A stretch of DNA of 64,000 nt, from assembly GCA_019119475.1 (NCBI GenBank), contig DWWY01000001.1, forward strand, positions 12,260 to 76,259. The letters are read 5' to 3'. A program made the position numbers and the translations under genes. Positions 1 through 8,127 of this stretch are shown in pieces; position 1 is the stretch's first letter; each line of letters begins with the position of its first letter. This stretch comes from Candidatus Alistipes stercorigallinarum (lineage in GTDB: Bacteria > Bacteroidota > Bacteroidia > Bacteroidales > Rikenellaceae). The notes beneath the pieces are model-generated. The model ran no database searches. It was not told the DNA's origin and was given only the letters and a program-made list of their open reading frames with translations.

Positions 1-400
1 GGCGCGGCACAACGGGGGTGATGCGCCGGTTGAGCAACTCTGTCAAGCGTGTGATGACTTCGGGATGAACGCCCGAGCAGGCCTGAGCGAAGGTCTGGAT
101 GCGGGCCAGCATGGCCGCGCGCACGCACACCTCGGGAAGCGGTTCTCCGGCTCCTGTGGCATGGCTGCGTATGATGTTGTACTGGAGAGCGCGGAGGTTC
201 TCGTCGTCTATTCGGTACTGGGCCATTGGGCCGAACCCGGTGTTGATGCCGTAAATTACCTTGTCGGAGGCGAACTCCGCCAGAAAGCGGTGGCACTCCT
301 CTACTTCGCGGAGCATCCGTTCCTGAGGAACGACCTGCTCCTCCCCGAAGAGGATGCGTCCGACTTCGTCCAAACGCAGTGTGTTCCCGATTTGTATCAT
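1..400 (-). CDS. HAL/PAL/TAL-family (MIO-dependent) aromatic amino acid ammonia-lyase, 5' part only; runs off the left edge
   Basis: Hand translation of the minus strand from ATG at 400 gives 133 open codons: MIQIGNTLRLDEVGRILFGEE...SDKVIYGINTGFGPMAQYRI...LQYNIIRSHATGAG...SGVHPEV...LLNRRITPVVPR. YGINTGFG and SH.G.G are family hallmarks; the ASG motif would lie just beyond the edge. Confidence 0.88.
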   Translation of the reverse strand, partial: MIQIGNTLRLDEVGRILFGEEQVVPQERMLREVEECHRFLAEFASDKVIYGINTGFGPMAQYRIDDENLRALQYNIIRSHATGAGEPLPEVCVRAAMLARIQTFAQACSGVHPEVITRLTELLNRRITPVVPR

Positions 401-522
401 GATACGGTTCTGTTAGGTTGAGGCGGGTGGTTTCCCCGGCAGCTCTTACCGCCCGGATGCGATGTGTCTGTCCGCGGATGCGGCGAGATGTGTCGGTCCA
501 TTTCAAGGAGGCAAGAGTCGGA

Positions 523-530
523 CAAAGATA
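523..530 (-). promoter_or_regulatory. Bacteroidota -7 promoter box (TATCTTTG) for the ammonia-lyase
   Basis: CAAAGATA on + matches the TAnnTTTG consensus, about 120 nt upstream of the ATG at 400. Confidence 0.6.
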
Positions 531-849
531 AGAATTATTTCGCAAAAAGTGTCCGTTTTGGAGCAAAGTTCTTGCGTATTTGGCTCGGTCGGTATGAAAT
601 TCGGTCGCACGAATTTTCCTGTTGTGAGACTGACGTACACCGTCCAGTCGTTCGTGCGCGCGATATCGGCCGTATCGGCTGGTTCTGCCGAGGTGGAGCG
701 TAGGCCCTTAAAGGGTTTCCCGGGAACCGGTACTGCTTTCTCTTGTCTTGGGCGGGCGGGGGTGTGACGTCGTGGCCGGAACGCTCTCCGTGTGGCCGGA
801 TTGTGTCGGACGGACGAATTTTTCGGGAAGAAATCGGAGTCCTTTTTTG

Positions 850-876
850 TATTTTTGCGACGAAATAGTATTTTTG
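850..876 (+). promoter_or_regulatory. Two tandem -7 boxes (TATTTTTG at 850-857 and 869-876) upstream of the ECF sigma gene
   Basis: Two matches to TAnnTTTG in an AT-rich patch 55-80 nt before the start. Confidence 0.5.
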
Positions 877-931
877 TTTTCAGAGGTGTTTTGCATTTCG
901 TGGCGAAAGCCCCTCTTCGGAGCCTTTTCCG

Positions 932-1543
932 GTGAGCCGTCAGACGATGAAAGAGATACACGACAAGTTTGATTTCGGGGACAACCGCCGGGTTGTCGAT
1001 GCACTTCGCAACGGGGACGAGCATTGTTTCGACGCTCTGTTTCGCCAGAGCTACCGACCGTTGTGCGCCTATGCCTCCCGGTTCGTGCCGCTGGCCCGGG
1101 CCGAGGAGCTGGTGCAGGATACGCTCATGTGGCTCTGGGAGAATCGCCGGACGCTCATCCCCGAGATGCCCCTCAAGTCGCTGCTTTTTACCATCGTCAA
1201 GAACAAGTCGCTCAACAGCGTCTCCCGCAACAGCATCAAGAGCCGGGTCATCCGGCAGCTCGCCGCCGATTTCGAGGAGGAGTTCGACGACCCCGACCTC
1301 TACTTCGAGAGCGAACTGGTGCGGCGATTCTCTGCAGCCCTGCGGCGCATGCCCGAGGAGTTTCAGCAGGCCTTCCGGATGCACCGGCTCGAGGGCAAGA
1401 CCCATCGCGAAATCGCCGAGGAGCTTCACGTATCGCCCCAGACGGTCAACTACCGCATCGGGCAGACGGTGCGCTTCCTGCGCGAGGAGCTCAGCGACTA
1501 CTGGCCGCTCATCTTGCTACTCTTCTGGCCCGAAGGACGATGA
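932..1543 (+). CDS. ECF sigma-70 factor of the Bacteroidota PUL-associated type
   Basis: Region 2 AEELVQDTLMWLWENR, region 4 HRLEGKTHREIAEELHVSPQTVNYRI and a hydrophobic C-terminal tail; precedes fecR-susC. The start could be 947. Confidence 0.93.
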   Translation: MSRQTMKEIHDKFDFGDNRRVVDALRNGDEHCFDALFRQSYRPLCAYASRFVPLARAEELVQDTLMWLWENRRTLIPEMPLKSLLFTIVKNKSLNSVSRNSIKSRVIRQLAADFEEEFDDPDLYFESELVRRFSAALRRMPEEFQQAFRMHRLEGKTHREIAEELHVSPQTVNYRIGQTVRFLREELSDYWPLILLLFWPEGR

Positions 1544-1570
1544 GCATGCGCCCGCCGTCCCGTTCCGCCC

Positions 1571-1782
1571 GCCGCGTTGCACGGTCTGCCGCGCCGGGCT
1601 GTCTTTTGCCTCTGCCGGCCCTGCGTGCTGTCCCGCCGCGTTGTACGGTCTACCGCGCCGGGTTGTCTTTTGCCCCTGCCGTCCCTGCGTCCCGCCCACC
1701 GCGTTGCACGGTCTGCCGCGCTGGGCTGTCTTTTGCCTCTGCCGGCCCTGCGTGCTGTCCCGCCGCGTTGTACCGTCTTCCG
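1571..1782 (+). repeat. 63-64-bp tandem repeat, about 3.3 copies, between sigma and anti-sigma genes
   Basis: Units at 1571-1634, 1635-1697, 1698-1761 and a partial unit from 1762; core gccgcgttgYacggtctRccgcgcYgggYtgtcttttgcc. Confidence 0.9.
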
Positions 1783-1970
1783 TGCTGCCGCGCCCTCTGC
1801 GGCAGGCTCCGGAGCGGCCCCAATCCGTTGCAGCCGGCCCTGCGCCCCCTCCCCGGTTTTCGGTGCGGCATCGCCTTCGGCGGTGCGGATTTGCAGGGTG
1901 TCCGAAATTTTTTTGAAAAAAATATGCAGGACGGTTAGTAACCCGCCCCGCTCGATTGTATTACTATCAG

Positions 1971-2981
1971 ATGAAGACCCGAATGGAGCCATACCAGATG
2001 TCCGAAATGACCGAAGAACGGCTTGCCGCCTACCTGCGCGGTGAGCTCGAAGCTGCCGAAGCCGCCGAAATCGAGGCGTGGTACGATGCTTCGCCCGCCA
2101 ACCGCAAGATGCTGGGCGAGGTCTATTATATATTGTACCTCAACGACCGGCTCCGCGCTTCGGAGGAGGTCGATGTCGAGCGCTCGCTGCGCGCCCTCAA
2201 GTCGCGGATGCACCCGCGCCGGGGCATCGTCCGCCGCTGGGTGTGGCGCTCGGCCGCCGCAGCGGCTGCCGTGCTGCTCGTCGCCGGCGCTGCCGTGAAG
2301 ACCGTCTCCCTTGCCGAGCGGCTCGAGCGCCCCGTGGTGGTCTACACCGATTTGGGCGAACGCTCGCAGGTCGAGCTGCCCGACGGTACGAAGGTGTGGC
2401 TCAACTCGTCGAGCCGCGTCGAGTACCGCACCCCGCTCTTCTCGCGCGAACGCCGCGTGACGATGACCGGCGAGGCCTATTTCGAGGTGGAGCACGACCC
2501 CGCGTCGCCCTTCATCGTCTCGAGCGGCGGCCTGGATGTCAAGGTGCTCGGCACGAAATTCAACATCCGCAACGACAATGCGCGCCACTGTGTGACCACC
2601 GTGCTGCTCGAAGGAGCCGTGGCTGCCTCCGTCTCGGGCAGCGAGGACTATTCGGTCCGCCTGCGCCCGTCGCAGATGCTGGTCTTCGACACCCGGACCA
2701 AATACATGCAGCTGCACAACTGCGAGGCGGCCGGCAACTCGATTGACTGGATTGAGGGCCATTTCCGCTTCGAACAGAACACCTTCGAGGAGATTGTGGC
2801 CGAGCTGGAGCGCTACTACAACGTCACGGTGCGCTTCATGGACGACAGCCTGCGCAAGGAGCGCTTCTCGGGCGACTTCCACCTCGAGGACGGCATCTAC
2901 CACATCATGTCGGTGCTTCAGCTCACCTACAAGTTCCACTACAAGGTGAACTGCGAGGATATCGAGCTCTATGCCAATTGA
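1971..2981 (+). CDS. fecR: FecR-family anti-sigma factor
   Basis: N-terminal EERLAAYLRGEL...IEAWY, one TM helix, VELPDGTKVWLNSSS, GEAYFEV, VKVLGTKFN motifs. ATG 1971 chosen (the track starts at TTG 1956); 1998 or 2007 are possible. Confidence 0.93.
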   Translation: MKTRMEPYQMSEMTEERLAAYLRGELEAAEAAEIEAWYDASPANRKMLGEVYYILYLNDRLRASEEVDVERSLRALKSRMHPRRGIVRRWVWRSAAAAAAVLLVAGAAVKTVSLAERLERPVVVYTDLGERSQVELPDGTKVWLNSSSRVEYRTPLFSRERRVTMTGEAYFEVEHDPASPFIVSSGGLDVKVLGTKFNIRNDNARHCVTTVLLEGAVAASVSGSEDYSVRLRPSQMLVFDTRTKYMQLHNCEAAGNSIDWIEGHFRFEQNTFEEIVAELERYYNVTVRFMDDSLRKERFSGDFHLEDGIYHIMSVLQLTYKFHYKVNCEDIELYAN

Positions 2982-3146
2982 CGGGCTGGCCCCGGCGGCC
3001 GCCCATTCTGCCGATAAATCGAATAAACGGAATAATAACGAAAAAAACCAAATTTGCCTATGAGTAGATAACTACTACCCGACCGGACGTCGCCTACGAG
3101 GCGGCGAAAAATCACCAGAATTTCTAATTCAAACCTAAAACAACCA

Positions 3147-6100
3147 ATGAAAAAACAAACCTTGTCGCAGGCAGGGGGAGTACAGCGTGTATGCGCACGT
3201 CTCCGTTGCCTGTTGATTGTTCCGGTCCTGCTCTTTTCATGCTTCGGCCTGAAGGTATCCGCGCAGACCGCTGAGCCTCGTGTCACCGTAGAGGTGCGCG
3301 ACGCATCCATTTCCCAAGTTTTCCAGACTATTCAGGAGCAGACGGGCTTCTCGTTCGTCTACAATACCTCCGACATCAACCCCGCCGAGAAGGTGAGCCT
3401 CACGGCGCGCGATGCGGCTCTTCCTTCCGCACTCGACCAGCTCTTCGCCGGCCGGGGTATCAACTACACGGTCAAGGACAAGCATATTGTGCTTTCGAAG
3501 ACGGCCGACCAGGTTGCCGCCCAGCCCGCCAAGGGCGCCAAGGGCGTATCGGGTTCGGTCAAGGACGCCAAGGGCCTCGGCCTGATTGGCGCCACGGTGG
3601 TCATCAAGGGTACGACCGTCGGTGTGGCCGTCGACCTGGACGGTAACTTCACGCTGCCCCAGGCCAAGCCGGGCGACGTGCTCGAGGTATCGCTCATCGG
3701 CTATGCCAAGCAGGAGGTTCCCGTAACGGGCAACGTGCCTCTGAACATCGTCATGCACGAGGACACCGAGGTGCTCGACGCCGTGGTGGTTACCGCCCTC
3801 GGTATCAAGCGCTCGGAGAAGGCGCTGACCTACAACGTGCAGGAGGTGTCGGGCGACATCGTCAACGGTGTGAAGGACGCCAACTTCGTCAATGCCCTCT
3901 CGGGTAAGGTTGCCGGTCTCCAGATTAACGCCAGCGCCTCGGGTACGGGTGGTTCGACCCGCGTGGTGATGCGTGGTGTGAAGTCCATCAACGGCAACAA
4001 CAACGCCCTCTACGTAATCGACGGTATCCCGATGCCGAGCCTCCGTTCGGAGCAAACGGCCGGTATGTTCGAGACGCCCGACGGCGGTGACTACGAGGGT
4101 ATCTCGAACCTCAACCCCGAGGACATCGAGTCGATGTCGATTCTGTCGGGTGCAACGGCAGCCGCGCTCTACGGTTCGCAGGGTGCCAACGGTGTGATTC
4201 TCATCACCACCAAGAAGGGTGAGGAGGGCCGCCTGCAGGTGAACTACTCGAACAACACCACCTTCACGACCCCGTTCGTGATGCCGCAGTTCCAGAACCG
4301 CTACGGCACCGACGAGACCTCGCCCTCGATGAGCTGGGGTTCGCGTCTGGCCCATCCTACTTCCTATGACCCGAAAGACTTCTTCCAGACCGGCTACAAC
4401 ACGACCAACTCGGTGTCGGTATCGGCCGGCAACTCGCGCAACCAGACCTACGCTTCGGCCGCTTCGGTCAACTCGCGCGGTATCATCCCCAACAACGTCT
4501 ACAACCGCTACAACTTCTCGCTGCGCAATACGACGGAGCTGGTGAAGGACAAGCTGACGCTCGACGTGGGTGCCACCTACATGCGCCAGTACGACCGCAA
4601 CTCGCTCGTGCAGGGTCTCTACCACAACCCGCTGATTCCGATTTACCTCTTCCCGCGCGGTGACGATATCCGCAAGTACCAGATTTACGAGCGCTACGAC
4701 GCTACGGCCGGCTACATGAAGCAGTTCTGGCCCCTCGAGTTCCTCACCGGTGTCGAGAACCCCTACTGGGTGACCAACCGCGAGCTCTTCGAGAACACGG
4801 CGCACCGCTACACCTTCAACGGTACGATGAAGTGGGACATCACCGACTGGATGAGCCTGACGGGCCGCGTCCGCATGGACAACACGACGATGAACTACAC
4901 GCGTAAAATCTACGCATCGTCGGACGAGCTCTTCGCTTCGGAGTACGGTAACTACCTCGACCACACGGCTACCCACAACAACCTCTATGCCGACGCCCTG
5001 CTGAGCATCGACAAGATGTTCCTCGACGACCGCCTTTCGCTGCAGTTCAACCTGGGTGCCAGCCTCATGGACGACAAGAACAAGGTGACCGGCTTCGAGG
5101 GCCATCTGGCTACGCAGCCCAACAAGTTCACCCTCTACAACATCGACATGAAGCACTCGCAGACGAAGCCCTACATCAGCCGCTACCACGACCAGGTGCA
5201 GGCCGTCTACGCAACGCTCCAGCTGGGTTGGAAGGGTATGATTTACCTCGACGTGACGGCCCGCAACGAGTGGGCGTCGCAGCTGGCCTTCACCGGCGAC
5301 TACAAGATTTTCTATCCCTCGGTGGGTCTCTCGGCCGTGATTTCGTCGATGGCCGACCTCTCGAAGGCAGGCATCTCGTTCCTCAAGGTGCGCGCTTCGT
5401 ATGCCGAGGTAGGTAACGCCCCCGAGCGCTACATCACGGGCCGCAACTACCCCATCAACGTGGGCGGTATCGTCTCGTCGGAGGCCGCCGCACCGGCCGT
5501 CAACCTGACGCCCGAGCGCACCAAGTCGTTCGAGGTGGGTCTCAACGCCAAGTTCCTGGGCAACAAGTTCTGGTTGGATGCTACCTACTACAATACCAAT
5601 ACCTACAACCAGCTCTTCAAGTACGACGCACCTCCCAGCACGGGTTACAAGCAGGCCTACATCAACGCCGGTAAGGTGAACAACTGGGGTATCGAGGCCG
5701 TTGTGGGCTACAAGAACAAGTGGCGCGACTTCTCGTGGTCGACCAACGTCAACTTCTCGATGAACCGCAACAAGGTCAAGGAGCTGGTTCCCGAGGGCAC
5801 GCGCGACGTGGCCGGCAACCTGGTTACCGTCAACGAGGTCAACATGGACTACGGCGGCTACCGCATGCAGGTCAAGAAGGGCGGCTCCATCGGCGACTTC
5901 TACGTGACGGGCTTCAAGACCGACGAGTTCGGCAAAATCTATGTCGACCCCAACTCCAACACGGTGATTCTCGACCGCAACACGTGGATTTACGGTGGTA
6001 ACACCGAGGCCCGCTTCCGCTGGGGCTGGAACAACCAGTTCGCATGGAAGGGCATCACGCTCGGCGTCCTGATTGACGCCCGTATCGGCGGCCGCGGCGT

Positions 6101-6506
6101 ATCGGCCACGCAGGCCCTGATGGACGAGTACGGTGTATCGGAGGCTTCGGCCCAGGCCCGCGAGAACGGCGGCGTATGGGTATCCGACACGCAGCAGATT
6201 CCCGACGCGAAGACCTTCTACGCCAACTCGGGTAACGGTATGTCGATGCTGGCCCACTACGTCTACTCGTTGACCAACGTGCGCCTGCGCGAGCTGACGC
6301 TCGGTTACGACCTGCCTTCGAAGTGGTTCAACGACAAGCTGAACATGAGCGTTTCGCTCGTCGGCCGCAACCTCTTCATGTTCTACAACAAGGCTCCGTT
6401 CGACCCCGAAATCACCGCTTCGACGGGTACCTACTATCAGGGACTCGACTACTTCATGCAGCCTTCGGTCCGCACCATCGGCTTCAGCGTAAGACTCCAA
6501 TTCTAA
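3147..6506 (+). CDS. susC: SusC/RagA TonB-dependent transporter with N-terminal STN signalling extension
   Basis: STN-like domain, carboxypeptidase-regulatory-like domain, plug VLDAVVVTALGIKR, GATAAALYGSQGANGVILITTKKG, terminal Phe. Confidence 0.96.
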   Translation: MKKQTLSQAGGVQRVCARLRCLLIVPVLLFSCFGLKVSAQTAEPRVTVEVRDASISQVFQTIQEQTGFSFVYNTSDINPAEKVSLTARDAALPSALDQLFAGRGINYTVKDKHIVLSKTADQVAAQPAKGAKGVSGSVKDAKGLGLIGATVVIKGTTVGVAVDLDGNFTLPQAKPGDVLEVSLIGYAKQEVPVTGNVPLNIVMHEDTEVLDAVVVTALGIKRSEKALTYNVQEVSGDIVNGVKDANFVNALSGKVAGLQINASASGTGGSTRVVMRGVKSINGNNNALYVIDGIPMPSLRSEQTAGMFETPDGGDYEGISNLNPEDIESMSILSGATAAALYGSQGANGVILITTKKGEEGRLQVNYSNNTTFTTPFVMPQFQNRYGTDETSPSMSWGSRLAHPTSYDPKDFFQTGYNTTNSVSVSAGNSRNQTYASAASVNSRGIIPNNVYNRYNFSLRNTTELVKDKLTLDVGATYMRQYDRNSLVQGLYHNPLIPIYLFPRGDDIRKYQIYERYDATAGYMKQFWPLEFLTGVENPYWVTNRELFENTAHRYTFNGTMKWDITDWMSLTGRVRMDNTTMNYTRKIYASSDELFASEYGNYLDHTATHNNLYADALLSIDKMFLDDRLSLQFNLGASLMDDKNKVTGFEGHLATQPNKFTLYNIDMKHSQTKPYISRYHDQVQAVYATLQLGWKGMIYLDVTARNEWASQLAFTGDYKIFYPSVGLSAVISSMADLSKAGISFLKVRASYAEVGNAPERYITGRNYPINVGGIVSSEAAAPAVNLTPERTKSFEVGLNAKFLGNKFWLDATYYNTNTYNQLFKYDAPPSTGYKQAYINAGKVNNWGIEAVVGYKNKWRDFSWSTNVNFSMNRNKVKELVPEGTRDVAGNLVTVNEVNMDYGGYRMQVKKGGSIGDFYVTGFKTDEFGKIYVDPNSNTVILDRNTWIYGGNTEARFRWGWNNQFAWKGITLGVLIDARIGGRGVSATQALMDEYGVSEASAQARENGGVWVSDTQQIPDAKTFYANSGNGMSMLAHYVYSLTNVRLRELTLGYDLPSKWFNDKLNMSVSLVGRNLFMFYNKAPFDPEITASTGTYYQGLDYFMQPSVRTIGFSVRLQF

Positions 6507-6519
6507 AACAACCGACCCA

Positions 6520-8103
6520 ATGAAACGAAACATATTGAACATGACCAAAGGGGTATTCGTAGTCGCTCTCTCGGGCCTCATGCTGGGCTCCTGCACGAGC
6601 GGGTTCGAAGGGTTCAACACCGACCCCGATTCGGCTCAGGATATCGACCAGAAGACCCTGATTACGACCATGGAGATGGATGCCGTCATCCCCTGCAGCG
6701 ATGAGGGAGCCAATGCCTACCAGCGTGCCTGCAACCTGATGGGTGATTCCTACTCGGGCTACATGGCGGCCATCAGCTCGTTCGACAACGGCGGCGTCAA
6801 CACGACCACCTATGCGCTCGATGCCACCGACTACAACAACGTTCCCTTCTCGGTAGCCTTCACCGACGTGATGGCTGCATGGCTGACGCTGCGTTATGCC
6901 TACGAGGCCGAGCAGATTTCCGAGGATACCTTCGCCATCGCCGAGGTCATCAAGGTATTTGCCCTGCAGCGCGCCACCGACATCTACGGTCCGCTGCCCG
7001 TGACCCACTTCGGTGAGACGGAGAATCCCTACGACTCGCAGGAGACGGTTTACATGTCGATTTTCGAGGACCTCAATGCGGCCATCGAAGTGCTGAAGGA
7101 GTATGCGACCAATTCGCCCGACGCCACGCCGCTCTCGAGCGTCGACATCATCTACCAGGGCAGCTATCCCAAGTGGCTGCGTCTGGCCAACTCGCTCAAG
7201 CTGCGCATGGCCATGCGTCTGGTATACGTCATTCCCGACCAGGCCAAGACGTGGGCCGAAGAGGCTGTCCGCGACGGTGTCATCGAGTCGGCCGAAGAGA
7301 GCGCCACGCTGGCATCCTACGGTTCCATCCAGGTCTTCAACCCGCTCGAGGAGGTGTGGAACGCCTACGCCGACACGCGCATGGGCGCCACGATGGATGC
7401 CTACCTGAACGGCTACAGCGACCCGCGTCTCGCAACCTACTTCAAGCCCTGCGAGGACGGCAAGTATCACGGCGTGCGCAACGGTATCGCCGCCATCACC
7501 AAGGAGTACTACCTCGGCATGTCGGTGCCCAACGTCGACAAGACGACGCCCGTGCGCTGGCTCATGTCGTCGGAGGTTGCCTTCCTGCGCGCCGAAGGTG
7601 CGATGCGCGGCTGGGCAATGGGCGGTGACGCCAAAACCTTCTACAACAAGGGTATCGAGCTGTCGTTCCTCGAGAACGGTCTGTCGGCTGCCCAGGCTGC
7701 GACCTATGCCGAGAGCGAGGCCAAGCCGGCCGCATTCGAGGATGCTTCGTCGTCGACGACCACCTACAGCATCGGCGCTCCGTCGCAGATTACAGTCAAG
7801 TGGAACGACGGCGCCGACCAGGAGGAGCAGCTCGAGCGCATCATCACCCAGAAGTGGATTGCCATGTTCCCCAACGGTCAGGAGGCCTGGTCGGAGTTCC
7901 GTCGTACGGGCTATCCCAAGATTTTCCCGATTGTGCATGACCGCAGCAACGGCACGGTCGATGTCAACGAGCAGATTCGCCGCATGACCTTCCCCCGCTC
8001 GGAGTACTCGAACAACAGCGCCGCGCTCAACCGCGCCATCCGCCTGCTCGGAGGTCCCGACCAGGGTTCGACCAAGCTTTGGTGGGACAAGAAAAACAAC
8101 TAA
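6520..8103 (+). CDS. susD: SusD-family glycan-binding lipoprotein
   Basis: Lipobox LGSC, ATDIYGPLP, WLRLANSLKLRMAMR, IITQKWIAMFPNGQEAWSEFRRTGYP, LWWDK; 13 nt after susC. Confidence 0.95.
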   Translation: MKRNILNMTKGVFVVALSGLMLGSCTSGFEGFNTDPDSAQDIDQKTLITTMEMDAVIPCSDEGANAYQRACNLMGDSYSGYMAAISSFDNGGVNTTTYALDATDYNNVPFSVAFTDVMAAWLTLRYAYEAEQISEDTFAIAEVIKVFALQRATDIYGPLPVTHFGETENPYDSQETVYMSIFEDLNAAIEVLKEYATNSPDATPLSSVDIIYQGSYPKWLRLANSLKLRMAMRLVYVIPDQAKTWAEEAVRDGVIESAEESATLASYGSIQVFNPLEEVWNAYADTRMGATMDAYLNGYSDPRLATYFKPCEDGKYHGVRNGIAAITKEYYLGMSVPNVDKTTPVRWLMSSEVAFLRAEGAMRGWAMGGDAKTFYNKGIELSFLENGLSAAQAATYAESEAKPAAFEDASSSTTTYSIGAPSQITVKWNDGADQEEQLERIITQKWIAMFPNGQEAWSEFRRTGYPKIFPIVHDRSNGTVDVNEQIRRMTFPRSEYSNNSAALNRAIRLLGGPDQGSTKLWWDKKNN

Positions 8104-8127
8104 CCTGAAACCTTAAGACGAATAACG

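Noticed and set aside
394-405. Perfect 12-bp palindrome GTATCATGATAC over the ammonia-lyase start codon
   Set aside because: It is a single short palindrome with no second copy or known regulator, and it could arise by chance.
65-421. 118-aa plus-strand ORF in the track
   Set aside because: It is the antisense shadow of the ammonia-lyase gene on the minus strand and has no recognisable motifs.
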